Shown here: positions 49,273 through 59,496 of the stretch, one piece after another
Position numbering within the stretch: the stretch's first letter is position 1
Layout: each line of letters starts with the position of its first letter
Assembly (NCBI GenBank): GCA_016194505.1
Contig: JACQBK010000016.1
Location: 5,654 to 69,653 of the forward strand
From: Ignavibacteriales bacterium
GTDB lineage: Bacteria; Bacteroidota; Ignavibacteria; UBA10030
Length of the DNA: 64,000 nt
Reading direction: 5' to 3'
The notes under the pieces: model-generated
Seen by the model: only the letters and a program-made list of their open reading frames with translations
What the model was told of the DNA's origin: nothing
Database searches by the model: none
Program-made: the position numbers and the translations under genes

Positions 49273-51027
49273 TCAGGGCAACCTCTCGAGCCTCTGCTTT
49301 AATTGGTTATATTCATCCCACATTTCGCTCGGCATCCGATTGCCGAATGAACCATAAAATGTATGTATCTCATTCATGGTATTCAGCCAGCCTGCTTTGT
49401 CAACAGATGTCAGTTCTTCCATCGTCCCCGGTTTCAATGTTAAACCTTCGACATCAATCTCGTCGGCAGTCGGTAAATACCCGATGGCAGTTTCCTGCGC
49501 TTTGCCCCCGCCGTGAACTCGCGCCAAAATCCATTTAAGCACGCGGATGTTATCCCCATAGCCGGGCCAATAGAATTTTCCTTCTTTATCTTTACGGAAC
49601 CAATTCACGCGGAAAATGAGCGGAGGTTTTTTCAGCTTTTTGCCTATATCCAGCCAATGGCAAAAATAATCTCCCATATTGTATCCGCAGAACGGCAGCA
49701 TCGCCATAGGGTCGCGGCGAACAACACCAACTGCACCAGTTGCAGCAGCGGTCGTCTCTGCACCCATACTGGAACCTAAAAACACCCCATGCTGCCAGTT
49801 GAATGCCTGCATCACCAGTGGCACAACTGTGGAGCGTCGGCTTCCCCAAATAATTGCTGAAATTGGAACGCCTTTCGGGTCTTCCCAATGCTTTGAAATT
49901 GTCGGGCATTGTTTGGCAGGCGCAGTAAAACGAGAATTAGGATGCGCGGCATTTCCTCGTGCACTCTCCCACTTGCCGCCTTGCCAATCTATAAGTCCAT
50001 GCGGTGGCTCCGTTCCCATTCCTTCCCACCACGGTTCTTTCGAAGGAGTCATTGCCACGTTCGTAAAGATGGTATTTCGATTGATGGTATCAATAGCAAT
50101 GGGATTGGTGGAATTGCTTGTTCCGGGCGCCACACCAAAGAATCCGGCTTCGGGATTGATAGCGTGCAATTGCCCTTCCTCGTCAATGTGCATCCAAGCG
50201 ATATCATCACCCACTGTCCAGACTTTGTATCCTTGTTCCGCCATCGTGGAAACCATCATGGCAAGATTGGTTTTGCCGGATGCGCTTGGGAACGCCGCCG
50301 CCATATACGTTACTTTGCCCGATGGATCCTCCAACCCGATAATCAGCATGTGCTCTGCCATCCATCCTTCTTGCCGAGCCATGTAACTGGCAAGGCGAAG
50401 TGCGAAGCATTTCTTTCCAAGCAGCGCATTGCCACCGTAACCTGAGCCGATGCTCCAAACGAGCTTCTCTTCCGGGAAGTGCATAATGAAGCGCCTCTCT
50501 GGAGAAAGATCACCAAGAGAATGCAAACCGGGGACAAAATTTTCGGAACTGCCTAAGTGCTCCAATGCAACATTCCCCATCCGTGTCATGATCCGCATGT
50601 TTGCCGCAACATACGCGCTATCTGTTATCTCAACACCGACTTTACTGTATGGCGAGCCGACAGGACCCATCAAATAAGGAACTACATACATCGTGCGCCC
50701 CTTCATGGAACCATCAAACAATTTGCTTACTCGTTCTTTGGCTTCTTTGGGGTGCATCCAGTTATTGGTGGGACCGACATCGTCTTTCTTTTCGGTGCAA
50801 ATAAAAGTAAGGTTTTCTGTTCGGGCAACGTCGCTGGGGTGACTTCGATGGAGGTAGCAGTTGGGATAGGTTTTTTGATTTAACTCTATCAACGTGCCAT
50901 CGCCTACCATGATCTGGATAAACTTATTGTATTCCTCTTCCGAGCCATCGCACCAATGCACGCGGTCGGGTTTCGTAAGCCGGCTACATTCATCAACCCA
51001 TTGTTGCAAAGCAGAATTTCTCACCAT
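49273..51027 (-). CDS. pckG: Phosphoenolpyruvate carboxykinase (GTP)
   Basis: 584 aa. ..VVPYLMGPVGSPYSKVGVEITDSAYVAANMRIMTRMG.. and the kinase-1a region ..AAAFPSASGKTNLAMM.. are typical of GTP-PEPCK. Confidence 0.9.
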   Translation of the reverse strand: MVRNSALQQWVDECSRLTKPDRVHWCDGSEEEYNKFIQIMVGDGTLIELNQKTYPNCYLHRSHPSDVARTENLTFICTEKKDDVGPTNNWMHPKEAKERVSKLFDGSMKGRTMYVVPYLMGPVGSPYSKVGVEITDSAYVAANMRIMTRMGNVALEHLGSSENFVPGLHSLGDLSPERRFIMHFPEEKLVWSIGSGYGGNALLGKKCFALRLASYMARQEGWMAEHMLIIGLEDPSGKVTYMAAAFPSASGKTNLAMMVSTMAEQGYKVWTVGDDIAWMHIDEEGQLHAINPEAGFFGVAPGTSNSTNPIAIDTINRNTIFTNVAMTPSKEPWWEGMGTEPPHGLIDWQGGKWESARGNAAHPNSRFTAPAKQCPTISKHWEDPKGVPISAIIWGSRRSTVVPLVMQAFNWQHGVFLGSSMGAETTAAATGAVGVVRRDPMAMLPFCGYNMGDYFCHWLDIGKKLKKPPLIFRVNWFRKDKEGKFYWPGYGDNIRVLKWILARVHGGGKAQETAIGYLPTADEIDVEGLTLKPGTMEELTSVDKAGWLNTMNEIHTFYGSFGNRMPSEMWDEYNQLKQRLERLP

Positions 51028-51063
51028 GGATATTCCTTATACATGATTTGTTTCGTGGGGCTG

Positions 51064-51714
51064 TTAAATTCTTGATTTCCAGCCTCGCACAAGCTTGGCG
51101 TCAATCTTAATCTCATTATTCGCCACCGAACTGGAAATCGGATCGGGATAAAATTTTTGACAACAAGCATATGCTTCCATGCTCGACATGTTCCAATACG
51201 ACGGACATGCGGCGCAATGAATATCATGACCTTCCAAATAGAAATCCGTTGAGCGGCAATTTTCACTGATGCTCATCGCCGTAACGATTTTCCCTTCGGG
51301 GGTAACGTAAGCGATCATCGGAACAGACTGGATATGCTCCGGATCGAAGAAACGGACAAGCTTGTTTTCAAGAACAGCATTGAGTGGCACAACTATCGAA
51401 CCTTGATTAATCTGAACCTCAATAAGTTTACTCGGAATTTTCTGAGCCGCACCGTAATCTATGGATACGACAACGGAAGGCTGGTTCTCGATCACAGGAT
51501 GAAATTGGCGAAGTAAAACTTTGAAATAGGCGGAAAGTCCACCCACCAACACGACAGCCAAAATTCCCGCGATAACCCACTTCTTTTTCGAAACAGGTGT
51601 TTGAGTGTTCGAAACCGATTCGGTCTCAGCGACAGAGACACTCACGCCGCATTGAGGGCAGAACTTTGCTCCCTCGTTTATCGGCGCACCACATTGTTGG
51701 CATTGGGAAGGCAT
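51064..51714 (-). CDS. Zinc-ribbon plus single-TM hypothetical protein
   Basis: N-terminal CQQCGAPINEGAKFCPQCG zinc ribbon, one TM helix, and a C-terminal Cys-rich region (HCAACP...CC). Confidence 0.4.
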   Translation of the reverse strand: MPSQCQQCGAPINEGAKFCPQCGVSVSVAETESVSNTQTPVSKKKWVIAGILAVVLVGGLSAYFKVLLRQFHPVIENQPSVVVSIDYGAAQKIPSKLIEVQINQGSIVVPLNAVLENKLVRFFDPEHIQSVPMIAYVTPEGKIVTAMSISENCRSTDFYLEGHDIHCAACPSYWNMSSMEAYACCQKFYPDPISSSVANNEIKIDAKLVRGWKSRI

Positions 51715-51754
51715 AAGGTATACCAGATTTAATGATAGTTTGACAATGTGCTGC

Positions 51755-52945
51755 TCAGGAACTTGTTAAGGTAGCAGCATACCGAATTTTTTGCCAGGAT
51801 GATTGCTCTGCTTCGCCAATGAGATCTTTGACAAACGCAACGGACTTTTCCACGTCTGCTATTCTATCCCCAAGCATAGTAACATGACCCATCTTTCGCT
51901 TCGGCTCAAGCCGTTTCTTACCGTAGAGATGAAGCTTTATTCCCGTCACCATCATAAGCTTATTCACATCCAGTACCGAAAGATGCTTACCCAAAAGATT
52001 CACCATGGCGCAAGGTTTCAACAAACGTGGTTGGTGCAATGGCAAGCCGCAGATCGCCCGGACAACCGCTTCAAATTGTGAATAATCGCACGCATCGAGT
52101 GAAAAATGCCCCGAGTTGTGGGGACGCGGAGCTAACTCGTTCACTAACACCTTACCTTCTTTTGTAACGAACATTTCTACACAAAGCACTCCCACGATGT
52201 TGAACGCCTTCATTACAGAACGCGCGAGGGAGACAGCCTCTTTTTGGATATTCTCAGAAACGCGAGCAGGAACGATCGTCGTGTGCAAAATATTATCCCG
52301 ATGGGTATTTTCACAAACAGGAAAAGTCGTTACAAATCCATCTTTGCCGCGGACGGCGACAACGGATAATTCATATTCCAAATCAATAAATTTTTCGATA
52401 ACGCACTCCCCGGCAAGCTCTTTGGATTGGTCCAGAAACTCCCGAACTTCCTCCTTTGTCCGCAATATCGTTTGACCTTTTCCATCATAACCGGCAGTGG
52501 ATGTTTTCAAAACAACCGGCAGACCGATAAGCTCGATACAGGGCCAGAGTCCTTCTTTACCAAGAACCGGCTGATATTCGACGACAGGAAATCCTTTTCG
52601 CTTCAGTTCTTCCTTCTCCAAACGGCGATGTTGCGTACTGCGAAGGATCGCGCTCCCGGGGTACACCTGCTTCGATTGCTCAAGCCATTCAACGATTTCC
52701 GGACTAATATGCTCAAACTCGTAAGTAATAACATCCGCTTGCTCGGCTAATCGTTTGGCAGCTGCGTAATCGTTGAATGGAGCTGTAATAGTTTCATCGG
52801 CAAGCCGGGATGCGGGACACTCGGCATCAGGATCCCACACAATACTCCGATATCCCATGCGCTGTGCTTCTCGGATAATCATCATACCGAGTTGACCGCC
52901 GCCTATGATTCCTATCACTGCCGGAGGGAGAATGGGATTGTTCAT
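51755..52945 (-). CDS. purK: N5-carboxyaminoimidazole ribonucleotide synthase
   Basis: ATP-grasp ..[13 protein letters not shown].. N-terminus. 396 aa. Overlaps purE by 4 nt. Confidence 0.85.
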   Translation of the reverse strand: MNNPILPPAVIGIIGGGQLGMMIIREAQRMGYRSIVWDPDAECPASRLADETITAPFNDYAAAKRLAEQADVITYEFEHISPEIVEWLEQSKQVYPGSAILRSTQHRRLEKEELKRKGFPVVEYQPVLGKEGLWPCIELIGLPVVLKTSTAGYDGKGQTILRTKEEVREFLDQSKELAGECVIEKFIDLEYELSVVAVRGKDGFVTTFPVCENTHRDNILHTTIVPARVSENIQKEAVSLARSVMKAFNIVGVLCVEMFVTKEGKVLVNELAPRPHNSGHFSLDACDYSQFEAVVRAICGLPLHQPRLLKPCAMVNLLGKHLSVLDVNKLMMVTGIKLHLYGKKRLEPKRKMGHVTMLGDRIADVEKSVAFVKDLIGEAEQSSWQKIRYAATLTSS

Positions 52946-53448
52946 ACTTTCATCGTTAAAACTTTTTTCTCTAACTCTTCGCGATAGCGTTCGAGTTTTT
53001 TTCGAATATCAGGATACTTCACGCCAAGAATACGTAATGCTAACAATGCCGCATTCACCGCGCCATCAATTGCTACGGTTGCTACAGGCACGCCGGCAGG
53101 CATTTGGACAATAGAGAGAAGCGAATCAAGTCCCTTTAATGCTTTTGATTTTACCGGCACTCCAATAACCGGAAGCACCGTCTTGGATGCTATCATACCG
53201 GGAAGATGAGCCGCTCCGCCTGCGGCGGCAATAATGACTTCGATGCCGCGGGCATGGGCTTGCTCGGCATAACGGAACATGTGGTCGGGAGTTCTGTGCG
53301 CCGACACAACTTTAAACTCGAATGGAACATCAAATTCTTTCAGTGTCATTCGCGCAGGTTCCAAATGCTCGGCATCGGAAGCGCTGCCCATGATGATACC
53401 GATAAGGGGCTTTGAAACTTTAGGGGATTTAGATGATTTGTTTTTCAT
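52942..53448 (-). CDS. purE: N5-CAIR mutase
   Basis: ..[17 protein letters not shown]....[28 protein letters not shown].. are canonical PurE motifs. Confidence 0.85.
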   Translation of the reverse strand: MKNKSSKSPKVSKPLIGIIMGSASDAEHLEPARMTLKEFDVPFEFKVVSAHRTPDHMFRYAEQAHARGIEVIIAAAGGAAHLPGMIASKTVLPVIGVPVKSKALKGLDSLLSIVQMPAGVPVATVAIDGAVNAALLALRILGVKYPDIRKKLERYREELEKKVLTMKV

Positions 53449-53622
53449 ATCGTGTCCAATTATGACCTCACCCCGACCCTCTCCTGAAGGAGAGGGGGCA
53501 ATTCAAATTCTTTTTGTCTAAGTAAAAGCTCATCTCTTGATGAATTAACAGTTCAAGTCCCTTCCCCTCCAGGGGAAGGATAGGATGGGGTCAGTTATTG
53601 CCTCTGGCTCTTTCTATCCTGC

Positions 53623-54249
53623 TCAAATATTGCCGACATTTATAATTAAGTATTTAAAAAGCCCATTTTTTGTGTGTGCCTGACTCGAATATTTTTTCCA
53701 ATCTAAAGTGTAACTCCCTTGGATATTTATAGATCCTTCCCTCCCCCTTTTGGACCCATCTGCTCCTCCTGTCCAATTCAAATTGCCATGTATTCTTTTC
53801 CCTTGCCAAATGCGAAATTGAGCACCAATGGTGTTGTCGTTTTCTCGGCTCTTCCAACACGTATAATCATTGGTTAGAAAAATCGCAGCAGCTTTCGAGC
53901 ATTTGTCCTCTTTAACCCATCTCTCAAGTCTTTCAATATCGCGCAAGAAATCATACCCACCCTGGTCTCCTGCTCCTTGATTAGCAAGGGCAAATGCCTC
54001 TCTTTGAGCCTCTATCTGTAATTCTTTGGTTTTGTACTTCGTTTCAATAAAATAAACAGACTCATCATACCTGATCATAATATCCACATATTCACGCTTT
54101 TGGGATTCAGGTTTATACTCAAGGCGAATTGAGCAATTTGGATTTTGCTGTTGAATGTACCAAGCAAAAGAAAATTGAAAATCTGCCTCAGAATGAAATA
54201 TGGGACGACTTTCTGCAAGTCCTTTTAATATTTCAGGGAGATTAATCAT
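53623..54249 (-). CDS. PD-(D/E)xK nuclease-fold hypothetical protein (restriction-endonuclease-like orphan), AT-rich
   Basis: Candidate catalytic core ..EYVDIMIRYDESVYFIETKYK.. (D...E.K). The start lies 9 nt after the larB stop. The gene is visibly more AT-rich than its neighbours. Two GC hairpins follow its 3' end (ccctctcct-gaa-ggagaggg and ccttcccct-cca-ggggaagg, 53470-53580). Confidence 0.4.
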   Translation of the reverse strand: MINLPEILKGLAESRPIFHSEADFQFSFAWYIQQQNPNCSIRLEYKPESQKREYVDIMIRYDESVYFIETKYKTKELQIEAQREAFALANQGAGDQGGYDFLRDIERLERWVKEDKCSKAAAIFLTNDYTCWKSRENDNTIGAQFRIWQGKRIHGNLNWTGGADGSKRGREGSINIQGSYTLDWKKYSSQAHTKNGLFKYLIINVGNI

Positions 54250-54258
54250 TCTAACATT

Positions 54259-54993
54259 TTATAATTTATTTCTCTCAACTTTTGCGCGGGCAACTTGATT
54301 GGCAATAAGCGCTGCTGTAGCGCCTGCGCCAAATCCATTATCAATATTCACAACGGTCAAACCCGGCGCACAGGATTGCAGCATCGTCATCAACGCCGCT
54401 TCGCCTTTTCCTCCATAGCCGTACCCTGTGCTTACGGGAACGCCGATAACCGGCATCGGCACCAGTCCGCGTACAACGGAAGGAAGCGCGCCTTCCATCC
54501 CCGCAACTACTACTACCGCGGAGACTTCTTTTTCAAGAATTAGTTTCAAAGGCTCCATCAAACGATGGATGCCGGCAATGCCGACGTCATAGCAGGCGGT
54601 AACATCGCATCCCATAGTTTCGGCTGTGACTTTTGCTTCTTCCGCCACGGGAAGGTCTGCCGTGCCCGCCGCAAAGATTGCAATTTTGCCACCGGACGAT
54701 TTCGGATTATAATTGTGGTTCTTAGCGACGAACGTTCTACCCAATTGGTTATGATTGACGGTACATGCAGTACCCAAAGAATCGGATAGGGCTTTGGCGC
54801 ATTCATCACTCACACGTGTAACGAGAGCAATCCCCGCTTTTTCAACCATCGAACGTACAAGCGAAATAACCTGCTCATTTGTCTTGCCTTCGGCAAATAT
54901 CGCTTCGGGAACACCCGTCCGCTCCGCCCGGTGAATATCTAAGCGGGCAAATTCTTCTACCATTTCAACTTGGCTGGAATGACGATGGGGCAT
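54259..54993 (-). CDS. larB: LarB-like (PurE-related) pyridinium-3,5-biscarboxylic acid mononucleotide synthase family protein
   Basis: PurE-like fold ..KIAIFAAGTADLPVAEEAKVTAETMG....VVVAGMEGALPSVVRGLVPMPVIGVP... 244 aa. Confidence 0.6.
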   Translation of the reverse strand: MPHRHSSQVEMVEEFARLDIHRAERTGVPEAIFAEGKTNEQVISLVRSMVEKAGIALVTRVSDECAKALSDSLGTACTVNHNQLGRTFVAKNHNYNPKSSGGKIAIFAAGTADLPVAEEAKVTAETMGCDVTACYDVGIAGIHRLMEPLKLILEKEVSAVVVVAGMEGALPSVVRGLVPMPVIGVPVSTGYGYGGKGEAALMTMLQSCAPGLTVVNIDNGFGAGATAALIANQVARAKVERNKL

Positions 54994-55108
54994 TTCGTTG
55001 TGTTGGTTAACTTTCGCCTGCTCCCTCTTTGGGATGGGTTTAAATATAAAGCAAAATCTTCAAAAGAACAGGGAGAAAATGAACTAGGATAATATTCTAA
55101 AAATAATA

Positions 55109-55155
55109 GGACGCCCGCCTGCCGTGCCTGCGGCAGGCAGGCGTCGGGCAGGCTG
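55109..55155. repeat. GC-rich hairpin sharing the gcctgcggcaggcagg core of the dispersed repeat family. Probable minus-strand terminator for tsaC
   Basis: ggacgcccgcctgccgtgcctgcggcaggcaggcgtcgggcaggc. On the minus strand it is followed by cctattattttt. Confidence 0.4.
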
Positions 55156-55275
55156 AAACAGCAGAAAAAACTGAAAAATCGCCGATAAAAAACTTCCAAT
55201 ATTTTAATCGGCTGATGTTGAGGCAAAAACTAAAATACTACCAAAAGAAATTGAAAAAGACGAAAAGAATATGTG

Positions 55276-56280
55276 CTATCCTGCCGCGCGTCTGAGACGA
55301 TCCATAACTGTAGCGCCAAGCCCTTGCTCCTCCACCCCTTCGATGATGAGAACATCCACTCCCAGAGCATCCAATTCGCGGATAGTGCTAAACAAGTAAC
55401 GGGCGAGAATATCAATGGATGAAGGCAAGACACGAAAAAAAACGCCCGTTTCAACTTTTGCGAGAAGCGGGGAATTAACAATACAACCAACGTTTTTTCC
55501 TTGCTGTCTGTAGTGCTGAAGCGCTGCTGTAAATCCTTCCACATCTTGATGGTTCACCAATACAGCTTTTGCGCGCGGCGCATAATGGCGATGCCTCGTT
55601 CCCGGCGAGCGATGGGAGAGTGGCTCGCTTCCGCCGACTTGGACGCTCCCGATCACTTCTTCTATCCGCTCTTGTGTCAATCCACCTAAACGCAAGATGA
55701 CGGGCGGCTCGACCGTTACATCAACAACCGTTGATTCCACGCCAATCTGCGTCGGACCTCCATCGAGAATAAGATCAACGCTTCCGCGCAGGTCATCGTA
55801 CACATGCTGTGCTGTCGTCGGGCTTGGACGACCCGAAAGATTTGCACTAGGTCCGACAATTCCTTCGCCAAATGCTTTAATCAGCGCGAGCGCAACAGGG
55901 TGGTTCGGCATCCTCACGGCGACTGTATCCAAATCAGCGGTGACGAGGTCTGAAATCAAAATAGTCCGTTTCAGAACAAGCGTGAGCGGCCCGGGCCAAA
56001 AGGTCTCAGCCAAAATTTTACCCTTCTCCGGCACCTCGTCCGCAATGTCTTCAAGCTGCCTGTACGTCGCAATGTGTACAATAAAAGGATTATCCGAAGG
56101 CCTGCCTTTTGCCTCAAACACTTTTTTTACAGCTTCCAAGTTGAGAACATCCGCACCTAACCCATAGACGGTTTCAGTCGGGAAGGCGACAAGCCCGCCC
56201 CGCTTAAGAACCTGAACAGCGGTTTCAATAGCGGCATCGGCATCAACTGAAGCGATCTGAAGAATTTTAGTCTCAATCAC
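55276..56280 (-). CDS. tsaC: L-threonylcarbamoyladenylate synthase (Sua5/YrdC with Sua5 C-domain)
   Basis: ..GGLVAFPTETVYGLGAD....KGRPSDNPFIVHI.. YrdC motifs plus a C-terminal Sua5 domain. Confidence 0.8.
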   Translation of the reverse strand: MIETKILQIASVDADAAIETAVQVLKRGGLVAFPTETVYGLGADVLNLEAVKKVFEAKGRPSDNPFIVHIATYRQLEDIADEVPEKGKILAETFWPGPLTLVLKRTILISDLVTADLDTVAVRMPNHPVALALIKAFGEGIVGPSANLSGRPSPTTAQHVYDDLRGSVDLILDGGPTQIGVESTVVDVTVEPPVILRLGGLTQERIEEVIGSVQVGGSEPLSHRSPGTRHRHYAPRAKAVLVNHQDVEGFTAALQHYRQQGKNVGCIVNSPLLAKVETGVFFRVLPSSIDILARYLFSTIRELDALGVDVLIIEGVEEQGLGATVMDRLRRAAG

Positions 56281-56358
56281 AAGAAAAGTCTTTTCGAAAT
56301 TGAATGAAATGTTTCAAATAACTGCGGAGCACAGGCGGGTCTCAATGGCAAAAAACAC

Positions 56359-56901
56359 TCACAGCGGTTTAAAGCGTTCAAATGATTGACTGCACTGTTC
56401 ACAATAAAAAATTTGCCTGCAGAGCGTCGGTCCGAAAAAACTTTCAAGTCGCGTTCGTTCAGAGTGACAAAAAGGACACTGGACCGGCTGCCGGAGGCTT
56501 TCTGAAAGTCGGTCTTGATACGCCTGGCGTTTTTCCAAGGATTGCAACCGTGCAGGCGGGGCAATACCGAATACCGTAAGTTTCTCCCGCACCGTATCAT
56601 CAAGCAATTCGGTTGACCAAGCTTCGGAAAATGAAATTTCCACATTCACTTGCTTAAATCCCAAACCCAAAAGACGTTCTCTTACTTCTTCTTTCATCAA
56701 CTGTAATGCGGGGCAACCGGCAAACGTCGGGGTCATGAGCACAGTCACGGTTGTATCATTCACTTCAACCCGCCGGATGATTTTCATCTCAACAAGAGAA
56801 AGTACCGGAATTTCCGGGTCTTTCACTTTCGATAGTTCTTCCCACACATGTTGAGAAAGAGTATCTTTCTCTATCACCGAGAAGGTTGGATTTTGCTCCA
56901 T
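56359..56901 (-). CDS. paaD: Phenylacetate-CoA oxygenase subunit PaaD-like (MIP18/DUF59 plus zinc ribbon)
   Basis: DUF59-like N-terminus ..VKDPEIPVLSLVEMKIIRRVEV.. and C-terminal CPFCHS...CEQC. Confidence 0.7.
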   Translation of the reverse strand: MEQNPTFSVIEKDTLSQHVWEELSKVKDPEIPVLSLVEMKIIRRVEVNDTTVTVLMTPTFAGCPALQLMKEEVRERLLGLGFKQVNVEISFSEAWSTELLDDTVREKLTVFGIAPPARLQSLEKRQAYQDRLSESLRQPVQCPFCHSERTRLESFFGPTLCRQIFYCEQCSQSFERFKPL

Positions 56902-56904
56902 GCT

Positions 56905-57291
56905 TTATCTTTTCGTGATGACCATAATAATGCCCGCGACATGCCCCGTCCCATATGCCAATGTGGCATCCTTCGGGTCTATGTAACGAATCTCTTTTAT
57001 GTCTATCACAGAAATATTGTTCAACGTCTCCAACTCGCCATAGAATATATCATTCACATAGACAAGGGGGTTGATGGTCGAGCGGGTGCCCCTGACAATC
57101 GATTTAGGTCCTCTTGAAGTAAGAAACGCGGGCCTGCGTAAGCGCACTGCGTCAAAGGCGGTAATAGCGCTTGTCGTTGCGATTTCCTCCGCTGTCAACA
57201 CGTCCTTTGAAAGAGTGGCTTTGGAACCTTCATGGGAAGATCCGCAAGCAATAAATATTGCCGCCAACGCCAACACTATAACAATGTTCCT
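56905..57291 (-). CDS. Hypothetical lipoprotein inserted between paaC and paaD
   Basis: MRNIVIVLALAAIFIACGSS lipobox. No domain recognised. Confidence 0.4.
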   Translation of the reverse strand, partial: RNIVIVLALAAIFIACGSSHEGSKATLSKDVLTAEEIATTSAITAFDAVRLRRPAFLTSRGPKSIVRGTRSTINPLVYVNDIFYGELETLNNISVIDIKEIRYIDPKDATLAYGTGHVAGIIMVITKR

Positions 57292-57337
57292 CATACCGCA
57301 CCCTCCTTTTGAGTGAGTGATACCAACTCTCCTCCTT

Positions 57338-58138
57338 CTACCACTTTGACTGCGGAGCAAGGTCATATACTTGTCGTAGATCGCTGACCAATTGTTGAAG
57401 ATGCTCCGTTTGCGCTCCGCGACGTCCGCCGTCGTCGCTTGAACAAAGAATTCTATATATATCGTGTTCGCTTTTCACTGGTAGGGTAAGTGTTGCAGCT
57501 TTTAACATAGGAACAATACTGTGTAACCATTGATTCCGGAGAACATCATTTCCCGGAAATACGCCCGCTTGAATCAGTCCTTCTTCATCTTGCAAGGTTT
57601 CAAACATGCCAAGCGATTGAGAAAAAGCTTCATCCAATGCGGCTTGCATCCGGCGGTGGCTTTCTTCCGTTGCATCGCCCAATCGTTCCACTAAACTTTG
57701 ACTGTGAAGGAGATGGTAGGATTCTTCGCGTATTAATTTTTCGGCAATTTCTTTCAAAGGCTTGAAGGAACTTTGCGCTAACGATTGAAGGCGCACTTGT
57801 TCCGCCGCATCAAATAAATACTGCCGAACGACCGTATAAGCAAAATCTCCCTTGGGATACGAAACAAATCGGCAGCAGGTAAATTCTTTCCAAGAACGCT
57901 CGAACGCCATCGCATCGGGACTGCGACCGCCCAGTTGTTCACACAATGTCAACCAAACTAATGAGTGGCCAATTTCATCCTGAGCGATGTTGGAAAAAGC
58001 AATATCCTCTTCAAGGATGGGTCCGTAGCCCGTCCACTCAGAGTCGCGATGTCCCAAGATGAACTCATCATCTGCAAGCGAGAGAACAAACCGGCTGAGC
58101 GCCTTAGAAGAAATATTTGAGGGGACTTCAATGCTCAT
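57338..58138 (-). CDS. paaC: Phenylacetate-CoA oxygenase subunit PaaC (PaaI)
   Basis: Ferritin-like helical protein ..LADDEFILGHRDSEWTGYGPILEEDIAFSNIAQDEIGH.. in the paaA-B-C order. Confidence 0.7.
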   Translation of the reverse strand: MSIEVPSNISSKALSRFVLSLADDEFILGHRDSEWTGYGPILEEDIAFSNIAQDEIGHSLVWLTLCEQLGGRSPDAMAFERSWKEFTCCRFVSYPKGDFAYTVVRQYLFDAAEQVRLQSLAQSSFKPLKEIAEKLIREESYHLLHSQSLVERLGDATEESHRRMQAALDEAFSQSLGMFETLQDEEGLIQAGVFPGNDVLRNQWLHSIVPMLKAATLTLPVKSEHDIYRILCSSDDGGRRGAQTEHLQQLVSDLRQVYDLAPQSKW

Positions 58139-58415
58139 CGTCTACCGCTTTTTCAGGTGATTCAAAGGCTTTCGGATCGCGATAACTTTTATCGGTACTC
58201 TGTGCGAAGAAACCATCATCTTGATAATCTGTCGCTGTAACATCTTTTGTTCGAACAACCCACAAGCTTACGCACTTCAGGCGGCGAGCGAATTGATCCT
58301 TCGCAAGCTGTAACGCCATCTGAGGGTCAGGGGCATGAACCGAGCCAACGTGAACGTGTGCATCGCCCCGTTTCGTTTGATGAAACACTTCGTATGTTTC
58401 CCACTGGGTATCCAC
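58128..58415 (-). CDS. paaB: Phenylacetate-CoA oxygenase subunit PaaB
   Basis: 95 aa, MDTQWETYEVFHQTKRGDAHVHVGSVHAPD.. typical of PaaB. Confidence 0.8.
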   Translation of the reverse strand: MDTQWETYEVFHQTKRGDAHVHVGSVHAPDPQMALQLAKDQFARRLKCVSLWVVRTKDVTATDYQDDGFFAQSTDKSYRDPKAFESPEKAVDDEH

Positions 58416-58423
58416 TTACGCTT

Positions 58424-59365
58424 TTACGCCGCTTTAGGAGTTTTCGATTGTTTTGCTGCCAATGCTTCGCGCACCCATGTGCCTTCCTCGTGTACTTTTC
58501 GTCGAACAGCTAAACGTTCGGCGTTACAGGGACCGTCGCCGTTCACTACGCGCCTTAATTCCTCCCAGTCCGGTTGGGTATAATGATAATGCCCTGTTGC
58601 TTCATCGAGATAACAATTCGTGTCGGGGACATCAAACCCCAGCGCACGAATTTGCGGAACAATAAGATCAACGAACTCCTGCCGCACTTGCTCATTCGTT
58701 TTCGTTTTAATCTTCCATCGCATCGCCTGGTCTGTATGCACGGAAATTTTATCCGGCGGGCCCGACATCATCAGCGTCGGATACCACCACCGATTGATGG
58801 CATCTTGAGCCATAGCGCGCTGTGCGGGTATTCCTCTTGCAAGGGTGGCAACAGCATCGTACCCTTGCTTAATGTGAAACGATTCCTCGTAGCAGATGCG
58901 CTTCATCGCCCGTGCGTAAGGACCGTAAGAAGTTTGCGCCAACATAGTTTGGTTAATGACAGCAGAAGTGTCCACAAGCCAACCGATGACACCCACATCC
59001 GCCCATGTTGGGGTCGGGTAATTGAAGACGTTGGCATATTTCGCTTTTCCGGTCAGCAGCTCTTCCATCATTTCTTCGCGGGATTTGCCCAGCGTTTCCG
59101 CCGCACGATAGAGAAGCTGGCCATGGCCTGCTTCATCCTGCACTTTCGCGATGAGAGTCAATTTGCGCCGAAAGCCCGGTGCATAGGGAATCCATTTCCC
59201 CTCAGGCAATTGCCCCACGATTTCGCTGTGAGCATGCTGGCTTATTATGCGAATCAAATTTTTCTTGTACTCATCGGGCATCCAATCGCCCGGCTCAATT
59301 TTTTCGCCGCGCGCGATGCGAGCTTCAAATTCGGCTAATTTTTGCTCGTGGGTCTTTTCTTGCAT
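58424..59365 (-). CDS. paaA: 1,2-phenylacetyl-CoA epoxidase catalytic subunit PaaA
   Basis: Di-iron ligand regions ..[12 protein letters not shown].. and ..[12 protein letters not shown]... Confidence 0.8.
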   Translation of the reverse strand: MQEKTHEQKLAEFEARIARGEKIEPGDWMPDEYKKNLIRIISQHAHSEIVGQLPEGKWIPYAPGFRRKLTLIAKVQDEAGHGQLLYRAAETLGKSREEMMEELLTGKAKYANVFNYPTPTWADVGVIGWLVDTSAVINQTMLAQTSYGPYARAMKRICYEESFHIKQGYDAVATLARGIPAQRAMAQDAINRWWYPTLMMSGPPDKISVHTDQAMRWKIKTKTNEQVRQEFVDLIVPQIRALGFDVPDTNCYLDEATGHYHYTQPDWEELRRVVNGDGPCNAERLAVRRKVHEEGTWVREALAAKQSKTPKAA

Positions 59366-59496
59366 TCGTTAATCAAAAATTTGAGTTTGTCTATTCTTGT
59401 ACAGAATATAGAGATTTTTGTGTTTGAAGTAAACCTCAATGCGATGAACCGTCATTCAAAACGAAGATGGTTCCTAAGCTTGTTGCGGTACGGGAT

